DNA of 39,275 nucleotides from Octopus bimaculoides (GCF_001194135.2 NC_068981.1:112845989-112885263); one strand, 5' to 3'; positions 1-11,579 are shown, counted from the stretch's first letter. The notes: generated by a model not told the origin, from the letters alone. Numbers and translations are program-made.

Positions 1-267
1 GTGGGTGGCACATAAAAGACACCATTTCGAGCGTGGCCGTTGCCAGTATCGCCTGACTGGCCTTCGTGCAGGTGACACGTAAAAGCACCTACTACACTCT
101 CTGGGTGGTTGGCGTTAGGAAGGGCATCCAGCTGTAGAAACTCTGCCAAATTTAGATTGGAGCCTGGTGTTGCCATCCAGTTTCACCAGTCCTCAGTCAA
201 ATCGTCCAACCCATGCTAGCATGAAAAGCGGACGTTAAACGATGATGATGATGATGATGATGATGAT
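1..267 (+). mobile_element. RTE-clade LINE 3' end, cut by the window start
   Basis: Same 3' UTR as the ORF-bearing copies, ccatgctagcatg palindrome, and (GAT)9 tail at 241-267. Confidence 0.9.
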
Positions 268-1046
268 GTAAACAGCTTATCTTTTCTACATTATTTTCAT
301 GGACAAAAAAAAACTAGGTATCAGCTCAATCTACAATAAATCAATCTGCATTGGGATTTTATCAATGACTAAATATTTTCTTTAACTGTCCATAGAGGTA
401 TTGCTTATAACCCACCATTACTAAAGGCTTAAGTAAATTGGATAGATTGATTTGCATATATAACAAATTATTGTCAGCAAATCAGTCTATCCAGTTTACT
501 TAAGCCTTTTGTACTACCTCTATTCTTATTAATCTTTCTATTTCTACATCCTAATAACTCTCTCATTCGTATCCTCATCCTTGTTTGTCTTCATTATCTT
601 TCTTCCATCAGTCTTCTCTCTCTCATTGTAACCCTTTCCCTGTTATTTTATGTAATACTTTTAATTTTTCCTTGCACACTCTGTTGCTTTCACTTTCTTT
701 CCTTGCAATGCTGTCTCTCTTCCGTGGTCTTTATGAACTTTATTCAACTGTTTTCATTGAAAGTAGGTGATTAAAATTTTTTTCTTTCAAGTATGTTGAG
801 AAAATTTGTGAGAAGTTTTACACTATCTATTTTTCATTTCAAAATTACTGATAAAAGTTTTCACTTCAAGTTATATATATAATGGCAGATACACACATCA
901 CAGTAGTTTTTTTTATATACGAGCTAGCATGATGTACACTAGCAGAATCACCTCCTGGAGAGTGGCATTTCTGCTAGGAGATATAACAGGAAAAATATAT
1001 GTTACTAAAAAAAGAAGTTTATTATTTGCATTTAATATTTCTACAG

Positions 1047-1301
1047 CCTGATCTTGAAATAAATGATGAAATAGCTACAATGAGAGAAACTGTTATGGCA
1101 AGAGTTGATAGTGTGATAAACCAAGCTATGGAATACAGTAATACATTTGAGAAATATTCATATTTGTGGAAAAGAGATAGGAGTGAATTTATGCAACAAT
1201 TCCTTCTTTATGGTGAAGTCTTAATTGCACAAGCTACTAAGACTGTAATTGAGCAAGATGCACCTAAAAAACCCCCAACACTTCAACATTTTAAAGAACA
1301 G
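1047..1301 (+). CDS. DNAH9/DNAH17: Axonemal outer-arm beta-type dynein heavy chain, internal exon 1 of 5 in window (PDLEIND...PPTLQHFKEQ)
   Basis: Acceptor ctacag (1041-1046), donor gtaagc (1302), 255 nt = 85 codons, phase 0/0. YSYLW..R.EF..QFLLYG and PPTL.HFKEQ match the DNAH9/17 tail as I recall it. The exact paralogue is not resolved. Confidence 0.93.
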
Positions 1302-2006
1302 GTAAGCAAATAACTCCAGTAACTTTTTTTTATTTACATTTTTTGACCATGTTTTCTGTACAGAGACTATTATGGAAGAATATTTTTGTAAACACTAAAT
1401 AGATAAATGTATGTCTTGTGATTTAAAAAACAAATCACACTGGTCTTATAAGAGATAGGGCTTTCAAAAGTTACATAATAGTGGATTGAAAAAAAAGGTA
1501 ACTTTACATAACAGTGACAGTATCAGGAATTTTGTACAAATGAACAACAAAGAATAATTTCTTAAAAGAACATACTGTCTGAAATTAAACATTTGAAAAC
1601 CTTCCAAGTTCTGATATTTACATTTATGTCACAATGACTGGACTTGAGGGTATTTGCTTCAAAAGCTATCACCATAGCTGATCCTCAAATTCAGTAATCC
1701 TCTTTTGCTCTTCTTATTCTTTATTGCTCTGATATTTGCATTTCAAAGCTGCCCGACTCAACTGCAACTTCACTATAGGCAGTTCTTTAATTTCTGATTA
1801 CTTTTTTCTATATTATTCTTTGATATAAAATACTCATGTAAAGCTATGTGCTGAATATTTTCTCTCAAACTTTCATTTGTCAAACTAAATCAGTTTTGTT
1901 CTGTGTATGATTTACAAGGCCAACTCTTACAAGCTATTATTGCTTTAGACTGAATAACCTGTACAATAAGCACTTTTATTCACCTGAGGTAATTATTATA
2001 CAATTG

Positions 2007-3407
2007 ATAAGAGAGGAATTCAAGACAGATTGCTCCTAGGAGCTCCTTTATGCTGATGACCTGGCCCTCATAGCAGAATCACTACCAGAACTATAAAAGA
2101 AATTTCGGGTGTGGAAGTAAGGTTTAGAATCAAAAGGCCTTAGAGTCAATGTAGCAAAGACCAAAGTTCTAGTAAGTAGGAAAGCGAACACATCACCCCC
2201 ACCCCCCTCAGGTAGGTGGCCCTGCTCGATCTGTAGAAAAGTTGTAGGTAGAAACTCCATAAGATGTACCCAGTGTAAGCTATGGACACATAAGAGGTGC
2301 AGCAACATCAAAGGAAGATTAACTGAGACGATAGCTTTCATGTGTGGAAGATGCACATGGGCAATAAACACCACAGATGCTCAGAAAACAGGTTCCATCA
2401 CACTCCAGGGGAAGAAACTAGAAGTAGTTGATAGCTTCCACTACCTAGGTGACCAAGTTAGTAGTGGGGGTAGATGCTCAGAGTGTTACCACTAGAATAA
2501 GAATAGCCTGGGCAAAGTTTAGAAAGCTTTTACCCCTACTGGTGACAAAGGGCCTCTCGCTCAGAGTGAAAGGTAGATTCTACGATGCATGTTTGCAAAC
2601 TGCCATGCTTCATGGCAGTGAAACATGGGTTGTGACTGTGGAGGACATGCATAGGCTCGAAAGAAATGAAGCTAGCATGATCCGTTGGATGTGTAATGTC
2701 AGTGTGCACACACAACAGAGTGTAAGCTCTCTGACAGAAATGTTGGACATAAGAAGCATAGGATGTGGTGTTCAAGAGAGACATTTGCACTGGTATGGTC
2801 ATGTACTATGGATGGATGAGGAGAGATGTGCCACTCCCAAACAGTTGAAGGAATCTGGAGTAGAGGTAGACCCAGGAAGACATGAGATGAGGTGGTCAAG
2901 CATGACCTTCGAACGTTGGGCCTCACAGAGGCAATGACGAAAGACCGAGACCTCTGGAAGTATGCTGTGACTATGAAGACCCAGCAAATAAAATGAGTTG
3001 ACGGCTGTATCCTACACCAGTTTCACATAACCAGCCCCAGCCCATTCAAAAGTATCTTGGAACGTAGGGTGACCTGCTGTGCTTGAGGAGACCTATTGAG
3101 TCAAGTACATCAACGTCAAAATGAAAATCAAATGGAAATTGCAGTTGTGATACCTGTGCCGGTGGCACATAAAAAGCACCAACTGATCGTGGCTGTTGCC
3201 AGCCTCCTCTGGCCCCTGTGCCGGTAGCACATAAAAAGCACCCACCACATTCACAGAGTGGTTGACGTTAGGAAGGGCTTCCAGCTGTAGAAACACTGCC
3301 AGATCAGTCTGGAGCCTGGTGCAGCCTCCTGGCTTCCCAGACCCCGGTCGAACCATCCAACCCATGCTAGCATGGAAAACGGACGTTAAACAATGATGAT
3401 GATGATG
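2007..3407 (+). mobile_element. 5'-truncated RTE LINE (RT C-half with PHD insert, short-UTR subfamily), frameshifted
   Basis: Encodes LLYADDLAL, NVAKTKVL, C4HC3 motif, SFHYLG, LHGSETW and L.WYGHV. It ends in catgctagcatgg and a (GAT)n tail. Confidence 0.93.
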
Positions 3408-3873
3408 CTAAAGGTCTATATCCTTTTACATTATTAGAGGCCAACCTTCACACTTCAGTGATTGTGCTCTTATCCTAACCTGCATAGAAATTTTTGGCTG
3501 AAAGTGTGGAGTAGAATCATATGTTCTGAATGGCAGTCTATTTAGAGACTATGCAGTACATATTTTTTTACTGTATTATCACATGGGCAATCAAGTATTG
3601 TTTAAACATTATTGGTTTATGTTGGTTGCAAGCAAAGTGACAGTTGAAACATTTTTATTCTATATTGTTATTCACCTTATTCTAATATAATTGAAGACTT
3701 TGTAGTGTGGGTGACCGAAGTGGAGACAGGCAAAGTTTAAAAACTTTCGTTTTCCTTATAATTCACTAGACTGGAAATGTATGGCTTATTGTTTCCTTGC
3801 TGATCATATCAGAATCTGAGAAACAAGATTATACTGATGATATAACTGTTTTTACCTTCTTTCCTTTCTTTAG

Positions 3874-4043
3874 ATTGATACATTTGAACTGGTTTATGAA
3901 GAGGCTAAAGGTATAAAAAAGATCATGATTTTTGACAATTGGTTCCGTGTAGATATACGACCGTTCAAGTATGGCTTACTTAACATCATTAAGAAGTGGA
4001 GTTTTATGTTTAAACAATATTTGATTGACCATGTGATAAATAG
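3874..4043 (+). CDS. DNAH9/DNAH17: Dynein heavy chain exon 2 (IDTFELVYEE...WFRVDIRPFKYGLLNIIKKWSFMFKQYLIDHVIN), absent from the ORF track
   Basis: Polypyrimidine tract plus tag (3871-3873), donor gtaagt (4044), 170 nt, phase 0/2. It continues exon 1 in frame, with the conserved D.RPFK..LLNIIK.WS..FKQ.L.DHV motif. Confidence 0.93.
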
Positions 4044-4448
4044 GTAAGTAATGAAAGATAGAACTGAGTGATGGAGAATCTTTTAAAATATTATGTATAA
4101 TTATTTTTGTGGAAAAGAAAATTTTTGTTTTATCAAGTAGATAATTAGACTACTTGTTTTGTGGGTGTATTATATAATTCTATTGAAACTGAGAAAATAT
4201 GTTTTCTTTATTTTTATATTAGCCTGTTAATTATTCCAAGCAACGAAGAGAAATGAGATACAATAGAAAAAAGTTTTCTTCTCAGAAGCATACCATTTTA
4301 CATGTTGATTATTTAAGTAAATTATGACTTCATTTTAGAGACACAAGGGGATTATGAAGCAATCAGTCAAAGTATAAATACGTTTTCAATTTTGTTGGGG
4401 AACATGTACTTGTTTTTCATTCTCAGGTTGTCCTTATTTGATTTCTAG

Positions 4449-4671
4449 TCTAAATGAACTTGAAGAATTTATTGAGGTTGCTGATGAAGGCTTGGGTAAA
4501 ACTGTTGAAGAGGGTGACTATGACCAGTTAGTGGCAGTTATGGAACAACTGAATGCTGTCCATAAACGACAAGATGATACTGACATGATGTTTGAACCTT
4601 TGAAGGAAACAATAGAGCTACTGAAGACCTATGATCAGGAAATGCCTGAAAGTGTTCATCAACAAATTGAG
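4449..4671 (+). CDS. DNAH9/DNAH17: Dynein heavy chain exon 3 (LNELEEFI...TDMMFEPLKETIELLKTYDQEMPESVHQQIE)
   Basis: Acceptor ttctag (ends 4448), donor gtaagg (4672), 223 nt, phase 2/0. The split codon AG|T = Ser fits exon 2. MFEPLK.TIELLKTY.QE.PE is a strong family match. Confidence 0.95.
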
Positions 4672-5112
4672 GTAAGGTAGTGAGAAGTGTGAAATAAAAA
4701 GTAACTGCAACAAGAATAGAGTTTATATATAAAACTAAGTATATATTTAAACAGATATGTTTTTGTCTTAGAACTGGTGGTTCACTGTTACAATAAATGA
4801 CATACTGAGTGTATTGTAAGTGTATGATTGAGTATACATTATTTAAGTTGAATGAGCATTTACCATCACGTTAGTGTGATTTCAATTACACATGGCAGCA
4901 GTGGCCAAACCTTGTACTACTTCAAGCAAGTAAGCTATCATGCTTATTTTCATTATTCAAAAAGTTGTTACTTAGTATTTCAATAATCAATTAAATGATC
5001 TAATTGTTGGGATTTTCTGGTTCATTGGAGTTCTTAATTGTAGCAACTACACACACACAATCTCATCAGCAAGATGTGTGCAATCTATGAAGAGTTGTCC
5101 CAAATAAAATTG

Positions 5113-6200
5113 GGCTAGTCCTTCTACCCACAAAGAGATTGTAAAGGCCTTTACATTATATCTTGCATTTGTGGCTCTGTTGGTGGCTAATGCACCCTGT
5201 TTTTGATAAACATACCTGACTGCAAACATTGCAAACCAAGCTTTCCCCATTCACTATACTAGCAGTGCACTTTCAAGCAGCATATTTAAATTCTTCGTGC
5301 AGAATATGCACCCTCTCAGAGGTGTCAACCCCCCTCCTTAACCTGCTTCCTCCATCTGTGATGATGACAGGTATTGCTTTCCCAGTCAATCTCCTGATTA
5401 TTACAGGCCTTTAATGAGGACTTAACGCAGTCCTTAAATCGCAGCCTTTGTTTCTGCCGAGGTCTCTTTCCACTAACAAGTTCCCCATATAGCATCTGTT
5501 TAGTGATCCTGCTATCCTTCATTCTAATAAGGTGTCCAGTCCAACGTAACTGGTGCTTGTGCACCATTGCCTCAATACTCAAGATATTGGCTTTCCTAAG
5601 GACTTGTGTGTCCGGAGTTTTTAAGGTCCAGCCAACATTCAGAATGTGTCTCAGACATCTCTGATGAAAGCATTCAAGGATCCTTACATGATGTTTGTAA
5701 AGGGTCCATGTCTCACATGAGTAAAGGAGCAATGTTTGTACACATGCATGGTGCTCAGCAATTTTTTTTCATTGTGATGCCATGTTGGAACCAGACACAA
5801 GACTGAAGAGACAGGAAGGAATAGCTGCCTGAAAGATATTTCATCATCCAGGGAGCAAGAATGGCTGAGTGTGCTGCCCAGGTAGACAAACTTGTCTACC
5901 ACTTTCATATTGTTCCTACAACCAAGATAGCTGGTTCCACATATGGATTTCCTGGTGCAGGCTGGAATATTACAACAGTCTTGTCCAGGCTAATGCTGAG
6001 TCCAAATGCCTTGCAAGAAGCAGAAATATGATTCATAAGTATTTGCATGTCATCCACTGTATGAGTAACTAAGTCATAGTCATCTGCATAAGGGAAGTCA
6101 CAAATAAGAGACTGGAAAACTTTTGAATTGGCAGCAAATCAGCACAGATTAAAGAGGCAGCCAGAAGGTCGATATCTGACATATATTCTCAGAGAGTTAA
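5113..6200 (-). mobile_element. Degenerate RTE/BovB-like LINE, a second family, with a C-terminal C2H2 finger
   Basis: Minus strand reads IYVRYRPSGCLFNL, YADD (6079-6090), FVYLGS, LLYSCETW, QLRWTGHLIRM and LYGEL. The finger CNVCSQVCLSKTGCISHQQSH (C-x2-C-x12-H-x3-H) lies at 5171-5233, with the stop at 5156-5158. Confidence 0.9.
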
Positions 6201-6206
6201 CTTTAG

Positions 6207-6366
6207 CGATGTTGGTGTGTTTATATCTCCATAACTTAGTGGCTTGGTAAAAGAGACCAGTAGAATAAGTACTAGGCTTACAATAAACCCTGGGGTCAAG
6301 TTCTTTGACTAGAAACCCTTTAAGGTGTTGATCCAGCATGGCTGCAGTCAAATGACTGAAACAAAA

Positions 6367-6370
<4 letters not shown>
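6207..6370 (+). mobile_element. 3' portion of an octopus-type tRNA-derived SINE
   Basis: Matches from memory the common octopus SINE tail (...ataagtactaggcttaca...ccagcatggc.gcagtcaaatgactgaaaca...). It is followed by (AT)15. The family name is not asserted. Confidence 0.7.
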
Positions 6371-6402
<32 letters not shown>

Positions 6403-6443
6403 TTAAGGAATGGAGAAAACGCATGTTATAACTGCATACTTTA

Positions 6444-6527
6444 TTCCGACATATGTTTTGAAGAATTACAATTTATGCGATCCATAGGAATCGGCGATGT
6501 TAAAAATGTAAACTTCTCCTCAGAGAA
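6444..6527 (-). ncRNA. Minimal type-I hammerhead ribozyme motif with a long stem II, probably inactive (G12A)
   Basis: Minus strand: UUCU-CUGAGGA-GAAG[49-nt imperfect hairpin]CUUC-AAAA-C-AUAU-G-UC-GGAA. It has a palindromic loop III, a GUC site, and AAUAAA downstream. Confidence 0.7.
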
Positions 6528-6557
6528 ATGCATGGGAATCGTCTTAAATGTATATAT

Positions 6558-7982
6558 CATCATCATCATCGTCGTCGTCGTTTAACGTCTGCTTTCCATG
6601 CTAGCATGGGTTGAACGATTTGACTGAGGACGGGTGGACCAGGAGGCGACACCAGGCTCCAATCTGATTTGGTAGAGTTTCTATAGCTGGATGCCCTTCC
6701 TAACGCCAACCACTCCGAGAGTGTAGTGGGTGCTTTTACGTGCCACCAGCACGAGGGCCAGTCAGGTGGGTACTGGCAACGACCAAGCTCGAAATGGTGT
6801 ATTTTATGTGCCACCTGCACAAGGGCCAGTCCAGGGGCACTGGCAACGATCTCGCTCAAATGACTTTTCACGTGCCACTGGAACAAGTGTCAGGAAGGCA
6901 ATGTTGATAACGATCACACTGGTGCTATTTACGTGCCACCGGCACGGAAGCTAGACAGCTGCTCTGGCAACGATTACGCTCGGACGGTGCTCTTAGTGCT
7001 CCACTGGTACAGGTGCCATCATGATTTCGCTTTCGCTTGCCTCAACAGGTCTTCGCAAGCCGAGTTTAGTGTTCCTACAAATATAGTTCGGTCTCGATTT
7101 CACTTGCCTCACCATGTCTTCGCAAGCAGAGTTTAGTGTCCAATAAAGGAATGTTATGCCTAAGTGGGCTGGTTACATCCATTGCAGAGACCTTGGATTT
7201 TGGTCTCAGTTGGCCTGCCAGGTCTTCTCACGCACAGCATATTTCCAAAGGTCACGGTCACAAGTTATTGCCTCGGTGAGGCCTAATGTTCAGAGGTCAT
7301 GCTTCACCACCTCATCCCAGGTCTTCCTAGGCCTACTTCTTCCACGGGTTCCCTCAACCGCTAGGGTGTGGCACTTTTTCACGCAACTATCCTCATCCAT
7401 TCTCACCACATGTCCATACCAGTGCAATCGTCTCTCTTGCACACCACAGCTGATGCTTCTTATGTTCAACTTTTCTCTCAAGATACTTACGCTCTGTCAG
7501 GTATGCACACTGACATTACTCATCCATCGGAGCATACCAGCTTCATTTCTTGCGAGCTTACGCATGTCCTCAGCAGTCATGGCCCATGTTTCACTGCCGT
7601 GTAGCATGGTTGTTCGTACACATGCGTCATACAGTCTGCCTTTTACTCTGAGCGAGAGGCCCTTTGTTGCCAGCAGAGGTAAGAGCTCTCTGAACTTTGC
7701 CCAGGCTATTCTTATTCTAGCAGCTACACTTTCAGCGCACCCACCCCCACTACTAACTTGGTTACCCAGATAGCGGAAGCTATCAACTGTGTCTAGTTTT
7801 TCTCCCTGGAATGAGACAGAAGTTGTTTTCTGCATCTTTACAGTGTTTATTGCACCTGAACATCTGCCACATACAAAAACTAACTTACTAGTTAACCTGC
7901 CTTTGATATTGCTGCACCTCTTATATGTCCATAGCTTGCACTGGGTACATCTTATAGAGTTTCCACCTACACCTTTTCTACA
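6558..7982 (-). mobile_element. 5'-truncated RTE LINE, young long-UTR subfamily
   Basis: (CAT)n(CGT)n tail at 6558-6580 and a full 3' UTR. ORF remnants 7497-7994 and 7290-7481 (SFRYLG, LHGSETW, LHWYGHV). Truncated inside the PHD motif. Confidence 0.95.
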
Positions 7983-8148
7983 CTTAAGTGGCAATATACT
8001 ACACTTTATCGTGCAGTTACTGTTAATACTTCATTTAGAGAACTAACATTGCTTGTTTTCACCTTTTCGATATCAGTGAAGAATTTCACTGGAAAAGTAG
8101 ATATAAGATTGCCAGGATTTTGTCTCTCTCACCGAGGTCAGTGGCTGT

Positions 8149-8193
8149 CGAACGCCGACGAAGGGAAATAACCCTGAAATCCGGATCCGTTCG
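8149..8193 (+). ncRNA. Minimal type-I hammerhead ribozyme motif HHR-A (U4C variant)
   Basis: Stem I CGAACG(8149-54)/CGUUCG(8188-93), core CCGACGA, stem II AGGG-AAAUAA-CCCU, GAAA, stem III AU-CCGG-AU, and predicted AUC cleavage after 8187. Confidence 0.8.
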
Positions 8194-8286
8194 TACTACA
8201 GATCATGGTGAGAGGGATAACTTCCCTTGGCAAACAGGACACAGTCGTGTGTCGATAAGCCAGCTGTAGGAGATGTCTGTCATACC

Positions 8287-8326
8287 GGCCATGACGAGAG
8301 GAAATAGCCCTGAAACTCGAGTCGCC
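8287..8326 (+). ncRNA. Second minimal type-I hammerhead motif HHR-B, more degenerate
   Basis: GGC-CAUGACGA-GAGG-AAAUAG-CCCU-GAAA-C-UCGA-G-UC-GCC. It has a palindromic loop III (UCGA), a GUC site at 8321-8323, a 3-bp stem I, one extra nucleotide in the core and one stem II mismatch. Confidence 0.65.
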
Positions 8327-8556
8327 TTTATATATTTATAATTATATATTTGATCCTTTATATTGAACACTCAATATTTCATCTACATTCAATACTTTCT
8401 TTCATGGTGCCATCCATTTTTATTTTATTTTATCTTATATTATATATTGTATATTATATTATATATTGTATATTCCATATTCTATACCCCACATTGGTTC
8501 TTCAGGAATATAAATAAAACATAAAAAACAGACAGTGTTGGAACTCTTTTAAACAA

Positions 8557-8560
<4 letters not shown>

Positions 8561-8600
<40 letters not shown>
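8561..8600. repeat. (AT)20 microsatellite
   Basis: Read directly. Confidence 0.98.
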
Positions 8601-8605
<5 letters not shown>

Positions 8606-8612
8606 CATACAT

Positions 8613-8825
8613 AACATCCACTTTTCCATGCTTGTATAAATCAGACAGAATTTGTTGAAACAGATTTTCTATGGCCAGATGCTTTTTCTTTTGCCAACCC
8701 TCACCTTTTTCTAAGCAAGTTCTTGTCTATCAAATCCATTCACAATGCTTTGGTTGACCTGAGGCTATAGGAGACAGTTGTCCAAGATATCAGGTAGTGG
8801 AACTGAACTCAAAACCATATAAAGT
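8613..8825 (-). mobile_element. Degenerate SINE: tRNA-related head joined to an RTE-like 3' tail
   Basis: 8721-8825 resembles the reverse complement of the octopus SINE head (aaatcca.tcacaa.gctttggt...gaggctatag...). 8613-8720 resembles the RTE tail (ttttccatgc...ggatgc..ttc...gccaacc). It abuts (AT)20(ACAT)3. Confidence 0.6.
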
Positions 8826-8939
8826 TCTGTAATGGAGTATATCAACATTGTCTAATATCCACTTTCCGTGATAGCATGAGTTGGGCAGTTTGACATGGAA
8901 CTGGCTTGCAGGGAGCTGTCCAGACTCCAGTTGTATGTT

Positions 8940-9390
8940 GTGGTATGGTTTATATGGCTGGATACTCTTCCTAATGCCAACCACTTAATGTGCTGAGTGC
9001 TTTTTATGTACCGCCAACATGGGTACATTTATGCAGCACCTACAAGGATACAAGGATACATTTACACAGCATTGGCACAGGTGCATTTATGCTGCACCAG
9101 CACAGGGTCGTTTATGCAGCACTGATATAGATGCTTTTTATGTGGCATTGGCACCTGAAAGGACAAGCTTGTATGTGTGGAAGACAGCGATTTTCCTTAG
9201 CTTGATGTGCCTTATCAGGTACAGCAAATCACTACATCTCCTGGTCCCTTGTCATTTCCTCAGTGAGGCCCAGCATCTGAAGATCTTTTCTCAACAAATC
9301 ATCCTACATCTTCCTGGGTCTGCCCCTTCCACTGGTACCCTCCACAATTAGAGCTGGGTGCTTCTTCATGCAACTCTCCTCATCCATATA
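8940..9390 (-). mobile_element. Old RTE LINE 3' fragment with a variant UTR of short tttatgcagcac repeats
   Basis: Contains the ggctggat.c.cttcctaatgccaaccac tail motif and an ORF-end remnant (cttcctgggtctgccccttcc = GRGRPRK on the minus strand). Confidence 0.7.
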
Positions 9391-10369
9391 TATCCTATGA
9401 AAACTCAGGTTTCGAACAGAAAATCTACAAGGTCTATTTCCATTGTAGAGTATAAAAAGTAAGAGAAGTATGGATGGAAAAGACTTGAAATCTGAATTCT
9501 GATCTTTTTGCTATACACCACATAACCAACAGCTTGCTGGATTTGAAGAGGAATTATTAAGAACTATTAAATTTTAGAATTTCCCACTACAGAATAACAA
9601 GAATATTAATAATTATTCAATTTCTTAGTTAGTGATGCAAACTGCTTTTCCATATAAAGGGTAGTGCAATTTACATTCAGCAGAAGCTATCTGGTTCCTG
9701 GATTGTAGGTTGCATTTAATTAACAAGCATTATGAGCTATTTATATGATGCAACTATATATTCAGGAAAATTTTCCCTAGGTTATGATTTCACCATAAGG
9801 CAACCTGGATCATGGAGTCCAAATGACTACAAACTGGTACCTTAGAATTTGATACTGTACTATTTCATCAGATTCCTAACTGTTCAATCCTAGGAGATTA
9901 TACTAACACTGGAAAGAAAATTGTTCTAAGTTTATAAATTTGTGCCTGCTATTTTGTATACATAGTTTTGTAAATGCATGTTGCTTTTTGCATGTTGTAA
10001 CTTTGTATGTGTCAGCTGTTGTGTATATGCATTGTATATATCCATCTGGGAGCCTGTAAGTGTGTGTGAGCATCTATGTAGCTGACTTTGTACATGTACA
10101 CGTAAATATCTGTGTGCTTGCACTGGTGTGGACAATATAGATGGATGCTGGTATTCATGTGACTGTATATTTGTGTGTGTGTGAATATATATCTTCAAAC
10201 AATGTGAGAAGCCACTTAGTGTAAGTGATTATGGAGAAGGAGAAATTAAGAGGAAAGGAATGAATTTACTTTAGACTTGAAAGAGTTCAGGTCATAAGAA
10301 GTGGAGAAAAGAATTAGATGAGAGAGAGGTCTAAAGTTTGGCAGTTTAGGGGAAAAGCTATGACCCTAC

Positions 10370-10585
10370 AGAGACTTCCTTGAGCAACTGTTCTCATGTA
10401 TATGCATTACATGACCAAACCAGTTTAGTCTTCTCTCTTGCACACATCTAATTCTTCTTAAGCCTAACTTTTCTTCCAATATGCTAGCACTTTGTTGTAC
10501 ATGCATGCCCACAGAGCATACTAGTTTCATTATTCTCTGGTCTTCATGTCCTTTGCATTTAGGACCCATGTTTCACTACCATAAT
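10370..10585 (-). mobile_element. Old RTE LINE internal fragment
   Basis: ORF 10366-10569 contains LEEKLGLRRIRCVQERRLNWFGHV, homologous to the C-terminal RTE region in the other copies. Confidence 0.8.
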
Positions 10586-11579
10586 GCTTCATACTCCTCC
10601 TCTTCCTCCTGATATAAGCAAAGTGCTACACTTGGCACAAGCACAATACAAGAGCACACCTTTTGATGCAAATTTGAGGAAGGGCTACTCTAGTGTAAAA
10701 CTGCAAATAATATGTAACTTCTCACATTGAACTTTTACATACAGAGGAGATGATGGTGGACCATGATGAATAATGATATGCTTGACTTGAAGATCATTCA
10801 TCATTTACATTCTATGAAGCCTTCCCCAACTCATATTCTAACACCCACTCTTCATTCAGTCATCTGTGTTACCCTATTTCCTTCTTTCACTTCTCCTCTG
10901 TTGAACAGATATTCATTGCATGCAACTAATTCCCTATCTTTAATTGTCTATCACACCATTCTTATTCAATACACTTACCTACACATCCACCTTTCCTGTT
11001 CCTCTAATCTTTTCTGTCTCTCATATTCACCTTGTACTATGGCCTCACATCATTCTCTCTCCATCACTCTCTCTGCCAGCCTGTATTCACTTCTTCAGCA
11101 AGGCACCTGCACATGTCTTTCCATCACTTGAGTATAGATTGGTGAATGCATGCATTTCAGGATGGTTAGCTCCTCTTCAGCACCAGAAACTAGAAAGGTA
11201 GATGCTGAAAACGGACAAGAGAAAGTGGTCTCTCTTATTATATTCCCATTATCCACCAGCCTGGTTAGGGAGCACCACGAATCAACTTGGTGTGCTTAGA
11301 CCTTATCTGTCTACAGCAAGGAAGTTTCTCCATGACAAAATACTGTGAATGACTTTCTTGTGGGTTTGAATGTGCCTTAAGTATATTTGAACTGGTAACA
11401 AGTTTGTATTTATACACATCATTGCTGAATGCTTTTGTTCCATATGTGTGTGTGTATGGTTCAAAATGTGCAAAAAAACCCCAGAAGACAGATAGGTGAG
11501 GAAACAACAACCAAGGTGTTCTAGTTTGATGCTAATACATAACTTCATGTATATATATACATGTATGCATGTGTGTGTG

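Noticed and set aside
4424-4448. Alternative acceptor cag 22 nt upstream of exon 3
   Set aside because: It would shift the frame and hit TAG at 4446-4448, and there is no support without RNA data.
5047-5095. Minus-strand CUGAUGA with nearby pairing
   Set aside because: There is no GAAA core, and it is explained by a small local hairpin next to a CA repeat.
10763-11131. 122-aa ORF with a faint resemblance to a Penelope GIY-YIG (SCSSNLFCLSYSPC)
   Set aside because: It is pyrimidine-rich and low-complexity with no YIG motif. A translated repeat-library search would be needed.
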